From the NCBI GenBank assembly GCA_039621445.1, contig CP154954.1, positions 21,588,954 through 21,652,953 of the forward strand: a DNA stretch of 64,000 bases. The letters are read 5' to 3'. Source of the stretch: Euglena gracilis. Its lineage: Eukaryota. Of the stretch, positions 23,089 through 32,779 are shown in pieces (the first letter of the stretch is position 1; each line of letters begins with the position of its first letter). The notes beneath the pieces were generated by a model. The model saw only the letters and a program-made list of their open reading frames with translations, was not told where the DNA came from and made no database searches. A program made the translations under genes and the position numbers.

Positions 23089-25942
23089 GCCGACCACGGG
23101 CAACTATGATTTTCAGGACCCCCGTAGGTGGGGGTTCCGACCAGGGCCGACCAGGGCCGACTTGCATGTGGTTGGCCGGCCGAAGGGGAATAGATGAAGG
23201 AATTCGGCAGCTTTCCCTCTGGGCCGCCCGGGCTTTGCAAGGCACTGGATCACTTTTGTTTGTCTTTGTTCTCCAGCTTTTGCCAATGGCGAAGAATCAT
23301 GCCTCCACACGGACTGTGGCCCAATGGGTCGCTTGGGCGGAGGCAGATGGGATGGTCGGCATTGAAGCGGACAGCAATGATCCAGGTGAGCCAAAGGTAA
23401 CGCTCTTGTTTCTTGTCTGCTTCTCTGTGTAGGCAAAGTTTATTGCACCGTTTGCGCAAGGTCGTATGTACCCACAACAAGCGCTTTGAAGCAGCATTGC
23501 TATGGATATTGCAAAGGAATTGGGCCAGACAGACCATTTTTGGAGAGTGAACTCCAAGAAGGTAAAAAAATTGAAGGATCGTGAAGAATCAATGCCTGCT
23601 CCTGTTTCTCAAAGTCGCTGTGAATTCGGTTTTACAAAACATCATCATTCAGGTGTTATTGTGTGCAAAAAAATACAATTTGGTCAATTTTCCCTCAAGG
23701 TTCAAAGTGCTTTGGAAGCAAAGCCGCTCACAGAGGCTATCGAGACCCCCCAGAAAAGGCTAAAGGGACTCTGGACCATTTTGTTTCCAAAGGAAACAAG
23801 GAGGAGCAATTCAAGAAAGATTTGGTTGTTGCATTCGCTGCCGCAAATATTCCTCTTGAAAAATTAAAACAAAGGACAATGTTGAAAGAACTTTGCTGAG
23901 AAAGTTCTTTGAGTAATATGTCCGACTGAATGGTGAAGAGGTTCACATTCCCCATCCTATCAACCTACGAGGGACCCACGCACCCCATGTAATGACCGAT
24001 GGTATAACATTCATTCTTGCGTGATGTCCTTGTTTGTATGTGTCCACAGGCGTTCATAAGCTCAGGGACATCATGAAAGGTCCTGGTTTATCCAAGGCCA
24101 AAGCCATTTTCCCCTCGCTCATTATGTTTGCATTGTAGGCGATCGTTGACAAGATGGACAACATCTTGGTGAAAACCGTGAAGGGCTCGGACATCAACAC
24201 TGCGAAAGCTCTCCTTGCCTTTTGTCCAACCATGCACGTTTTTTTGACACCCAAACACTCCGGCTCATCACACTGGAAGGACTTTCTGACCTGTGCACCA
24301 AAATGAAATGCATTGTGTCATGGTGCAACGTCAAATTGAAATGATTGGGATATTTTTGACCATGCACGTCAAAGTCGCATTTGCAGACAAGCAGGAATTC
24401 ACCCACGAAGGTGATGTGTGAGCGCGTTCCGCTGGTTAATGCCACAGAGTGGGAACGTTATATCACTCTGCTTTCCCAACAACCTCCACCATCTTCCACA
24501 GCTGGTCACATCAGCTTGTGGATGTCACAAACTTACCATTCCTTTGTTGGTTTGGAATGAAATGTGGGGTGGTTGTGCATCTCTTGCCAAAGTGGGGTCA
24601 GCCATTCTTTTGGAACGTGTGGCAGAATCAGGCTTCTTTTTAAGTCACCTGCCCCCCCCCCCCCCCGGGGGAGGGGGGGTGGGTGGGTGGGTCCGGGCCG
24701 GCCCCCCCCCCCCGGGGGGGGGGGGTCCCGCGCCGGAGGCGCTGGGTATACCTTTGCGAAGCGCCGAAAATTTTTTGAAAATTGCCTTTAACGGGCCCGA
24801 TTTTGGGGGGGTCCCCGGACCCCCCCCCCCCCCCCCGGGGGGCCCCCGCCCCCCCGGGGGGGGGGGGGGGGGGCCCCCCCCCCCCCCCCCGGGGGGCTTT
24901 AAAAAAAAGCCTGGGCAGAATGACCGCTGGTGAGATGGGGTCCATTGTGGTTCCAACATTTGGGTCGTGAGCAACGGTTTGGTTCCGCATCGCTGATTTC
25001 CCCACGCTTGCACCCGTTGCCTTGGCCCATCTGCAGGCCCCACGTTCATCTGCTCAAATAGAGCGATATTTCTCACTGCTCGGTCACACAAAAGGCTGGT
25101 ACGAATGAGGATGCAAATGATTGAATTTTTCGATACCGTCAAAAATTGTTTTTCATACCAGCTTTTTTGCCATTCAAACATCGGATCGTTTGAATATGTC
25201 TGATACGACGCTCACCTCTTTAGCCTTTATTTACATGAACAAGAGCTTGTATGACATCTCTGCGTGAAGAGCCGCACATTGACCTTTGCATTTTTGTTTT
25301 GTGCTCTGATGGCTCAGCTTATGGGGCACTTCCTTTTGATCTTGGCGAGACAATTCAGAAAATCATTGCATCCCTTCACATTTTTTTCTGTGACGGATAC
25401 CCCCACCTATGGCCGACTATTTGCCGACCAGGGCCGACCAGGGCCGACCAGAGCACCAAAATGGGAAGTGACCATAGGTGCCTGTTCCCGTGCCGCCCCA
25501 GCCAACCCCAGCCAGCCCCGCTGCCCCCAGGACCTGAAGGAGCTGAAGGACAGCAGCAAGGACGGCTCCTTCGGCCACAAACCGCCCCTCCTCCCCGTCG
25601 AGCAGCAGTCGGACTACCTCCTCATCGAGGACCCCCTCGTGGTCGCCCACGCGCTGCTGATGGAGGCCGCCGCCCGCTCCTGCGGCGAGAACGTGTCGGT
25701 AGTGCTGCTGTGCTTCGCCGGGGCTCCCAGGCCCCTCCAGAGCTCCAAGTTCAGGAGGGGTTGGTTTGGGCCCAATGTAGGTATGGTTTTCTGGCATGTG
25801 TGTGTGTGTGTGTATGTCTGTTTTCTGTGTCTGTTTATGCGTGGGTGGCTCGGTGGGTGGGTGGGTTCACGTAGCTGTGAGTGTGGGTGTGGGTGTGGGT
25901 GTGCACGTGTTTGCAACAGCGTCCAATGCACTGCCTTGTTGA
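535..25942 (+). CDS. Multi-exon gene (5' end probably outside the window or unresolved): receiver (REC) domain + PP2C/PPM phosphatase-like domain. Exons resolved by eye: 606-688, 1110-1206, 1702-~1825/1877, 2369-~2565, 3277-3312, 3609-3662, 3718-3845, 4118-4266, ~5226-5392, 6765-~6877, 7640-7768, 7955-7993, 8355-8417, 13903-14047, 14276-14347, 14742-14759, 15052-15115, 15654-15764, 16826-16979, ~18387-18461, 18873-19045, 25531-25780, 25920-25942. Others between 8.5-13.9 kb and 19.3-22.2 kb are unresolved.
   Basis: Spliced frame gives the REC motifs [37 protein letters not shown] and the PP2C motifs [66 protein letters not shown]. Frames stay continuous across the predicted junctions. Confidence 0.8.
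554..605 (+). other. Nonconventional mini-intron (52 nt)
   Basis: CAAGGCTCCC (557-566) is the perfect reverse complement of GGGAGCCTTG (591-600); 3+5 geometry; in-frame GAG|ATC. Confidence 0.65.
606..688 (+). CDS. Exon, REC domain: [28 protein letters not shown] (contains the phospho-acceptor Asp motif)
   Basis: LILMD motif; joins in frame CT|G to 1110. Confidence 0.85.
689..1109 (+). other. Nonconventional intron
   Basis: T|GCC-CAGGGC ... GCCCTG-CCAAC|G; removal restores DIHLPGLNG. Confidence 0.85.
1110..1206 (+). CDS. Exon, REC domain: [32 protein letters not shown]
   Basis: Typical P-x-x-x-G-x-E and LT motifs of receiver domains. Confidence 0.85.
1207..1701 (+). other. Nonconventional intron
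   Basis: C|AGC-CAGGCCCC ... GGGTCCTG-CGGGA|G; removal restores LTG-DTHE. Confidence 0.8.
1702..1825 (+). CDS. Exon, end of REC domain: [41 protein letters not shown] (3' boundary is 1825 or 1877)
   Basis: G-M-x-x-x-L-x-K-P motif; in-frame join GGC|GAC. Confidence 0.8.
2369..2565 (+). CDS. Exon: ..[41 protein letters not shown]
   Basis: High GC3 open frame; preceded by GTCCTG+5 nt; followed by GCGTCC (possible GC donor). Confidence 0.7.
3313..3608 (+). other. Nonconventional intron derived from a MITE
   Basis: TIR CAGGCTTCTTTTAAGG / CCTTAAAAGAGGCCTG (15/16); flanks ATGCTGAC / ATGTGGAC (6/8). Confidence 0.75.
3663..3717 (+). other. Nonconventional mini-intron (55 nt)
   Basis: T|GCA-CAGAT ... 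ATCTG-GTGTC|G; phase 0 join. Confidence 0.6.
3846..4117 (+). other. Conventional GT-AG intron
   Basis: GG|GTAGGG ... GGCCAG|C; frame preserved (NFGGALH). Confidence 0.65.
4118..4266 (+). CDS. Exon: [49 protein letters not shown]
   Basis: High GC3; AG acceptor at 4116-4117; C|GCCCAGGG nonconventional donor. Confidence 0.75.
6765..6877 (+). CDS. Exon: [37 protein letters not shown]
   Basis: High GC3; upstream GCCCTG pairs with CAGGGC at 5396. Confidence 0.7.
7640..7768 (+). CDS. Exon: [43 protein letters not shown]
   Basis: Polypyrimidine+CAG acceptor; C|GCCCAGCACTGGG donor stem. Confidence 0.7.
7769..7954 (+). other. Nonconventional intron
   Basis: CAGCACTGGG / CCCAGTGCTG perfect 10-bp stem, 3+5 geometry. 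Confidence 0.65.
7994..8354 (+). other. Nonconventional intron
   Basis: CAGGGAGGGTCG / CGATCCTCCCTG 12-bp stem (one G-U pair). Confidence 0.7.
11408..11720. mobile_element. hAT-like MITE with perfect 8-bp TSD CCTGGGAC
   Basis: TIR CAGGCTTGTGCTTA / TAAGCACAAGCATG; related to 36353-36639 and 57410-57716. Confidence 0.85.
12511..13800. repeat. Compound microsatellite (CAGA)n/(TCTG)n/(TATG)n/(CATG)n, intronic
   Basis: Direct. Confidence 0.95.
13903..14047 (+). CDS. Exon leading into the PP2C motif ..[11 protein letters not shown]
   Basis: GLFDG(H) PP2C motif. Confidence 0.75.
14276..14347 (+). CDS. Exon: [24 protein letters not shown]
   Basis: Helix following DGH in PP2C; in-frame joins on both sides. 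Confidence 0.7.
14348..14741 (+). mobile_element. Nonconventional intron that is an intact TIR element (14351-14736) with a perfect 8-bp TSD CTCGTGAC
   Basis: TIR CAGGGTTTGATATAAGGA / TCCTTACATCGAACCCTG; TSD at 14343-14350 and 14737-14744; removal restores [10 protein letters not shown]. Confidence 0.9.
14760..15051 (+). other. Nonconventional intron (CAT/GTG stem variant)
   Basis: C|ACC-CATGGCC ... GGCCGTG-CCTCC|G; removal restores YP-MDLQ. Confidence 0.7.
15052..15115 (+). CDS. Exon: [21 protein letters not shown]
   Basis: PP2C AL..AF..TD helix. Confidence 0.85.
15116..15653 (+). other. Nonconventional intron
   Basis: CAGGCTGTTGTTCAG pairs with CTGAACGGCGGCCTC; removal restores EW-VSLN. 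Confidence 0.7.
15654..15764 (+). CDS. Exon: [37 protein letters not shown]
   Basis: Canonical PP2C GTT and ANxGDSR motifs. Confidence 0.9.
16826..16979 (+). CDS. Exon: [51 protein letters not shown]
   Basis: PP2C H.P..E.RI..GG..RVNG.L.V.R motif. Confidence 0.9.
18387..18461 (+). CDS. Exon: ..[24 protein letters not shown] (5' boundary uncertain)
   Basis: PP2C V...P.V motif; joins A|GG to 18873. Confidence 0.7.
18462..18872 (+). other. Nonconventional intron containing a nested MITE of a TA-flanked family
   Basis: GAC-CAGGG ... CCCTG-CGGCC|G; removal restores DPSR-DCC. Confidence 0.75.
18873..19045 (+). CDS. Exon: [58 protein letters not shown]
   Basis: Degenerate LASDGLWD motif; CCCTG+5 nt|G acceptor. 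Confidence 0.85.
21891..22118. mobile_element. hAT-like MITE (CAGGG-T-run family; relatives at ~4737-5221, 17826-18116, 38619-38874, 55502-55780)
   Basis: CAGGGGTTTTT ... AAAAACCTTG; flanks ATCACCAA/TACACCAA; shared internal ggtgctatttt..cgcgatttttggccattt. Confidence 0.75.
23286..23990 (+). pseudogene. Decayed hAT (CGGBP1-like) transposase N-terminus with its own GT-AG intron at 23386-23432
   Basis: [33 protein letters not shown] (BED-like zinc finger) and [20 protein letters not shown]; stops and frameshifts follow. Confidence 0.65.
24629..24913. mobile_element. hAT-like MITE nested in the 2.5-kb element, perfect TSD GGCAGAAT
   Basis: TIR CAGGCTTCTTTTTAAG / CTTTAAAAAAAAGCCTG. Confidence 0.9.
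25531..25780 (+). CDS. Exon: [41 protein letters not shown]..
   Basis: PP2C C-terminal A..L...A......(D)N.SV.. motif; CAG acceptor at 25530. Confidence 0.8.
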
Positions 25943-26051
25943 AGAGGGTTCTGCCTCCATCCAGCGATGCCCCACAGGCACCGTGATCCTGCATGACACT
26001 GACCTCCCCCTCCAAGCCAGCAAGGCAAACAGAAAAGGGCGAGCCACACAT

Positions 26052-26512
26052 CATACATCTCTCTAAGGTTTTGCGAACCCCCCCCGGGGGGGGCGGCTGC
26101 AGCCAGCCCCGATTTGGGCCCAGCCCAGCCGCAGCAGCACCCCCCCCCCCCGGGGAGGGGGGTGCTGCTAGCCCTGCTAGCCAGCCCCTTTTTTGGGGGT
26201 CCAGCCCAAAATTTTTCGGCGCAAAGCGCCGAAATTTTTTGGAAAATTGTGTTCAAAAGTGGCCAAAAATGGGGTTTGGGGGGCGTTTGGGGCATTTTTG
26301 GGGGGTTTCAGATGCATCATTTTTTCAAAACTGTGCCTTGCAGGTCATTTTTGGGCATTTTTCCGATTTCAGTCCAGCTCGCCCCGGTTCGGGTCCAGCC
26401 GGGGTCCAGCCCCCCCCCCGGGGGGGGGGCTAGCCAGCCCAAATTTCTAGCCAGCCCAAATTTCTAGCCCTAGCCCAGCAACCCCCCCCCGGGGTCCTTA
26501 AAGAGATGTATG
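26052..26512. mobile_element. hAT-like MITE with perfect TSD CCACACAT
   Basis: TIR CATACATCTCTCTAAGG / CCTTAAAGAGATGTATG (16/17); internal CCAGCC repeats. Confidence 0.9.
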
Positions 26513-26607
26513 CCACACATTTCCTGTCCCTGAGGATTGCAAATGCCGTCAACCTCCCCAGCCAATACTCTCTTTCATTTCCGATCCCAGCCCATGACCA
26601 CCGTCCC

Positions 26608-26822
26608 CAGGGCAGAACGGGAATTGGCCAAACAGCCAGGGTGGTGGGGGGGGGGGTCGACCACCCCCACCACCTCCTGTAACTCCGGGAGCACCAATTG
26701 TCGGCCCCAGAATATTTTCCCGGCGACTTCGGCGCCGGGTGGATTTGTTAAAAAAAATCTGTGAAAATGCTGTGGTGGGTGGGGGGTCGACTCCCCCCAC
26801 CAGGCCTTCCCGTTCTGCCCTG
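26608..26822. mobile_element. hAT-like MITE with perfect TSD ACCGTCCC (longer family member at 43496-44085)
   Basis: Perfect 16-bp TIR CAGGGCAGAACGGGAA. Confidence 0.9.
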
Positions 26823-29800
26823 ACCGTCCCTGATCCGCCCCCTCCGCCGTTCGACCTGGCTCGCACATCCAACGTATTGCCCGCTGTCCCTCCTCTCCAG
26901 TGGCCCCGTGGCTCCTCCACCGCCTCCCGGGCCACGGGTGGGTGAGGCGCCTCCACAAGGCTGACCCATCCCCACCTCCCGCTCGGACATCGCCACCCTT
27001 GCCCCCGACTCCTGCGATCGGCCTCCCCCTCTGCTCACCCGGTCCCCTCCGCCCATCTCCCAGCGATCGTTTCTTTCCCTCCCCTCCCTGCCAAGTTCAG
27101 CTTCGTTTGTGGGTCACAGTGCCCCCGATTCTCACCCGTTTGGGAGCACTTGACAGGACTGCATTGCCTCACCCTCTGCGGAAGCTCCCATCGCCCAGAG
27201 TGGTGTCTTTTTTGTCTTTCTTTGTGTGTGAGCTCATTAGTTTCTGTTCATGGAAGTGACTTTGTGGCGGCAACACAGGGAGGGATGGTCCAACCAGATG
27301 TCTTTAGAACGCAGAAGACTGGGAAAGGGGGTGGGCAGGGCCAGGGCCAGACACCCCTGGGGGTTCCGGCGTGAGGGATCGGAAAATGTATGGGGAAATT
27401 TTTCACTCGGCCCAGCTTTTTGGACTGTCCCCCTTATGGAGTTATGGAGTTTCCAACGGGTGGTGTCCACCCCCCTTTTGCCAAAATTTTTGTCAGCGAG
27501 TTAATTTTGTCAGCCCTTAGAGGGTTTCACCACCCAAAGCCCACAACAAACTTTTGTTGTGTTTGATTGTGTGGGCAGCTTTGCCAGCGCATTCTTTCGA
27601 AAAATGCCATGGGCTGATACAGGGGGGGTTTCTGGGGGGTTTCAAACTTCCTCCCACATTGTGAATTGCCAAACTTCTCTCTGAACCAAAATGGGCTTTT
27701 TTTGTCCTCAGCAAAACCCATTTTTTCATGCAGTTCTGGCTAAATTCACACCCCTGTGGACTGTGGAGAGCCAACAATGTCCAACAAACTCTGGGTCTTT
27801 TACGCAATTCCTCTGGGGAGTGCTTTCCAAAGGCACAGGGCATTGGCCTAATTTCTTTAGACTCCCCAAAACTGGCATTACGTTGAACATTCACATTCCA
27901 ACGCTTTTTGAAAGGCGCCAAATGAGAAGAGAACCTCAGGGTATTGAAACCAGGTAACAACAAAGATGCACTATACAGAATGCAGAGTCGTAAGACCCAT
28001 GGTTCTCGGACCCTCTGGAGGTAGTTCAAATGGGCCCAACTGCATGGTTGGTTTTGCCTGAATTACGGCCGCCAAAAACAACATTGGGCACCGTTTGGCG
28101 AGTCCATCGCTGCAGCAGGACAATTCATCCACAGAGGGACCGACGACCGTGTGGTGGGCGACCTCCTGGTGTGAAGACATGGTCCTCTGGTCCAAAGCAC
28201 CCCGACTCCCATTCCACACAAATGATCGAGTTCTGCACATCAAGCACACTGCTTGATCAAAACAATGCATACTCCTCTGCATCGGACCCCATCTCAACAC
28301 ACACCCACACAGACACACACACACACACTCACACAAACACACACGCCCGCACACCCACCCTTGCGTATTAGCAAGAGGACATTGTCAGCGATCACAAGTG
28401 AAATTGGATGAACGCAGGAAGGGCAGGGTGGTCCTTAAAAAAAACTTCCCATCCCAGCACATTCAATGAGAAATTCATAGGAAAAATGGACGAAAAAATG
28501 GCCATATTTTGACAAAAATGGGTCCACTTTGGGGAAAAAAGTGAATTCTGGCATCCTTGTACCATCGCCCATCCGACCAAGATGTCAAAAAATGTGTTTT
28601 TGACTTTAAAATGGTTCCTTCCCCCCGTTCGATCTCCGGATCGGTCCTCGGCCGTTCCTTGGCCTAAGGGCGGTCTTTAAGGAGCGGTCCTTCAGGAAAA
28701 AAAAACTTCCCGCATGGGGGGGGAATGCAACATGGACCCTCAAGAAACACGGCGCAAACAAACACAAAAAAAACAACGCAAAAAAACAACAACGCAAAAA
28801 CACACAAAAAAACACTTAAAAAAACACTAAAAAAACGCAAATAACATGGAAAATCCTACAGGAGCTCCCCCGGGATGCACACTTTTCCACTGAGAGGACT
28901 TAGAAAATTTTTTAGGCTCTGTCAGGGAAATTATCCATTTTTGCATTAAAATAAGCATTAGAAAATTTTTCGGTTTTGTCAGGTAAATTTTTCCATCTTT
29001 GCATAAAAGTAAGCATTTTGATGACCAAAAATGCAAAATGACAAAAAATTGGCAAACGTTTGGTCTCGGGGGAAAATGCCAAAAATTCAATCCTCAGAAA
29101 AAATCCAAAAATCGCTGGGGAAAAAAGCACAAACAAAACACAAGAAAACGCAACAAAAGGGGATAACCCGCAAATTTTGCCAAATCGAGAAACACAGAAA
29201 AAAAACAAAAAAAAAACAATTTTGTTCCCCCCCCCCCCGCTTCCCGTCTCTCTCATGGACCGCCCCGAGGAAGGGTCAAAACCCAGGACCAAGAACACTT
29301 ATGTTGTTGACACTATCTGTCCACACAAATGGGCTGTTTGAAAAAAGGGCGCTGTGCAGAATATTTTGGGCTTTTTTTTTATTTTACTCACAACTCAACC
29401 AACTCCCTCTTCAAATCACAGCAAGGCACCGTTCACGTCACACAACGAGTTCAACTCAGTTGGCCAACGCCTCGAAAATGGGGGGGGGGCAATCTGTCCA
29501 CATATACATTTCATTCAATTTCAACTCATTTAGAAAAATCCTCTCAAAATGGCCAAAAACACCTTCAGCATGGTGTCACAGGAACAACGCCGACCCTGGC
29601 GTTTTTTTTTAGGATAGGCTCACAGATTGCTCGGGGGTTCATAGCTGTTGCTCAGTGGATGCATGGGAAGCTCCATTGGTTTTGTCCCCTCCTCAGACGC
29701 CGGTCACTCTGCGACATGCTGTCCCACGATGCCCCACCCCCAGTGCTGCCCAGTCCAGCCAACGTCTGGGTGCAGTGGAAGGGTCCCAAGGCAGCCAAGA

Positions 29801-29994
29801 CTGCACCCAGGCCGTACCTAAGACACGAGTGCATCTGCAGAAGGATCAGAACACCCTTCCTTTGCATGTGTACATTTCTTTGCACACATGATATTTGTGT
29901 GCAGCACGTATGCATATAATAAATAAATATCCATATGTGTAGGTGTGTGTATGTGTATTTATGTTGATTTGTATGTTATGCATATGTTATATAT

Positions 29995-30180
29995 ATACAT
30001 ACATACATACATACATACATACATACATACATACATACATACATACATACATACATACATACATACATACATACATACATACATACATACATACATACAT
30101 ACATACATACATACATACCTACATACATACATACATACATACATACATACATACATACATACATACATACATACATACAT
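29995..30180. repeat. (ACAT)n microsatellite
   Basis: Direct. Confidence 0.95.
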
Positions 30181-30958
30181 GACATATAGCATGATGTAAT
30201 ATAACATTTGTATGAACATGCACATACAATTCTGTTGAGAATATTCGATGGCATGGGTTCTATTCTTCTTCAGAATCTGAATAACCCAAAGTCTCCCATA
30301 AATGCTCCGAAAGGAATCTATCCAACTAAAAACGTTATCATCTGCATTGAATATATCATAAATGTCGCATTACGACGAGGCCTTATAAAAAGAAATATCT
30401 CCTTAAAGCCCCAAGCTATCCACCCAAGCCCAAAAGTGCTTCTGAAAAAAACATTGTTGTTCGTAAAAAATGCATTGAATTCCATTATAAAAAACTTCTA
30501 ACATTCTCCGCAGAGAGAGCTTATAAACTATCTTCCATTAAGAGAGTGCCAGTTTCTTTAAGACATTTCGGTGCTTTTAAAGCTTTTAGTCTGTTGAATT
30601 GTTTTTCAATGGCTTGGTAATGAAAACCCCATCCAACCTTACCAAGCTTCCTCAAAGCATTTGTTACAGCAATACAGTGTTTCTCATCGTTGTCCACATA
30701 GGTTACCTTGGAACTTTGAAAGAAAGAAATGCGATAATAGAGTTGCTGGTTCCTCACCTTTATCACCTAAATCTGTGAACATGGCAGAGTTTTTATGGGC
30801 AGGTTGGAAATTTGTAAGTGTCGGGCAGCTTGGAGAGTGTATGGATTGAGAATGAAGAAGTTTGGAACCTATCTCTCCAGTGACAGGATCGAAGCATTTC
30901 CCAAAAATTAGGATCATTACCCTGCTTTGAGGTTAAGATTAAAGCGGCAACCTGATGA

Positions 30959-31554
30959 CAGGCTTCTTTTTAAGTCAGAAGACTCCGGAGGGGAGGGGGG
31001 GGGGAGGGTGGTTCCGGGCCGGACCCCCCCCCCCACAGGGGGGGTCCCGCACTGGAGGTGTCGGGTATAACCTTTCGGCGCGAAGCGCCGAAAATTTTTG
31101 AAAATTGCCTTTAACGGGCCCGATTTTGGGGGGGGGCCCCCCCCCGGGGGGGGGGGCCCGCCCACCCTGGGTGGGTGGGGGGGACCCCCCCTCCCCCCCG
31201 GGGGTCTTAAAAAGAAGCCTGCCTGACCAGGCTTCTTTTTAAGTCACCTGACCCCCCCCCCCCCCCGGGGGGGGGGGGGGTGGGTGCCCCCCCCCCCCCC
31301 CCCCCCGGGGGGGTGGGTGGGTGGGTCTGGGCCGGACCCCCCCCCCGGGGGGGGCCCGCCCCGGACCCCCCCCCCCCCCCGGGGGGGTCCCGCGCCGGAG
31401 GCTGGGTATACCTTTTCGGCGCGAAGCGCCGAAAATTTTTGAAAATTGCCTTTAACGGGCCCGATTTTGGGGGGGTCCCCCCCCCCCGGGGGGGGGTCCC
31501 GCGCCACCCTGGGTGGGTGGGGGGGGACCCCCCGGGGGCTTAAAAAGAAGCCTG
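30959..31554. mobile_element. Tandem pair of MITEs (30959-31221, 31228-31554) of the 24629 family, flanked by TSD CCTGATGA
   Basis: Each copy runs CAGGCTTCTTTTTAAG...CTTAAAAAGAAGCCTG. Confidence 0.9.
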
Positions 31555-31786
31555 CCTGATGATGCCCTAACGTGCTAAGAACCTCCTGCCAGTCCTCCTC
31601 TGCAAGAAGCGTTTGCTGATCTCCTTGTTCGTGTATCTTCTGTAAAAGGCTATTCTCGGAGCTCAAGGATCCATGAATGACTAAATTTTGGTAATCATCC
31701 TCAAAATTGCTAGAAGAAAGATGTTTTTGTGAGAACATTTTTTGCTGCTTGAGATCCTGTTGCTTGCATCGAAGCGTTTTCAAATA

Positions 31787-32779
31787 CCCCCCCCCCCCCT
31801 TGTCCAACGACCGGGCTTGTCTAACGACCACCCCCCCCCCCTGGTCAGAGACGATCTTTTTGTATACGATGTTGGTTCGGCCAAAATTGCTAAAAGTTGG
31901 CTAAAAACAGTCAAAAATAACCCAAAATGACCTAAAATGGCCGAGGGATGGCCAAAGGTGCCCAAAAAGTTGCCAAAAAATAGCAAAAATAGGCAAATAT
32001 GGCTAAAAATAACCAAAAGCAGCCTAAAGTGGCCAAAAATGGGCAAAGGGGGCCAAAGTGTGGCCAACAGTTGCCAAAAGTGGCCAAAAGCGACCAAACA
32101 TGGCGAAAAGCGGTCAAAAATGCCTAAAAATTCCCAAAAGCGCCCAAAAAATGTCCAAAAATGGCCAAAAGTGGCCAACTGTAGTCAAGAAATAGCATAA
32201 ATGGCCAAAAACAGCCCAAAAATAACCATATACCCCCATCTATGGTAAATTTTCCTCCGATTTGGGGGCCACCCCGCTTGTCTAACGACCACCCCCCCCC
32301 CCCGGTTGGAGACGAACATTGGCCATTTTAGCGACTGCCCCCTGGTCAGAGACGAACATTAACCCCCCCCCCACTTATAAACCCCCCCCACCTATAAACC
32401 CCCCCCACCTATAACCCCCCCCCTCGGGCCGACCAACCAAACCGGGACCTATAAACCCTTCGGGGAAGAAAAATGAAAGCCGCCGGGGACGATTTTTTCG
32501 GCTGCAAACCACCCAAAAACTATTTTTTTGGCATTTTTTTGACACCTACCATCATCAAAAATGCCATTTTTGACCAAATTTGCCAAAAATTGTCAATTTG
32601 GGGGGGTTTCGGGGTCATTTGGGGGGGGGTCAGATTTTCACCAACAATTCCGGGACCTATAAACCCCCCACTTATACCCCCCCCCCTTCGGCCGACCAAC
32701 CAAACCGGATGCATTAAACCCCCGGGGGTTTTATAGGTGGGGGGGGGTTCAGTGGTGGTTGGACAAGGGGGGGGGGAGG
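31787..32779. mobile_element. TA-flanked MITE, C-run-TGTCCAAC family (also 37094-37861 and ~8944-9545)
   Basis: TA-CCCC..TGTCCAAC ... GTTGGACAAGGGG..-TA. Confidence 0.7.

Larger units (their letters stand above)
22986..25484 (+). mobile_element. 2.5-kb hAT-like DNA transposon with decayed transposase and perfect 8-bp TSD TTCCCGTG
   Basis: TIR CAGGCCCCTACG / CATAGGTGCCTG; subterminal GGGCCGACCA repeats at both ends; internal transposase-like fragments. Confidence 0.85.
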
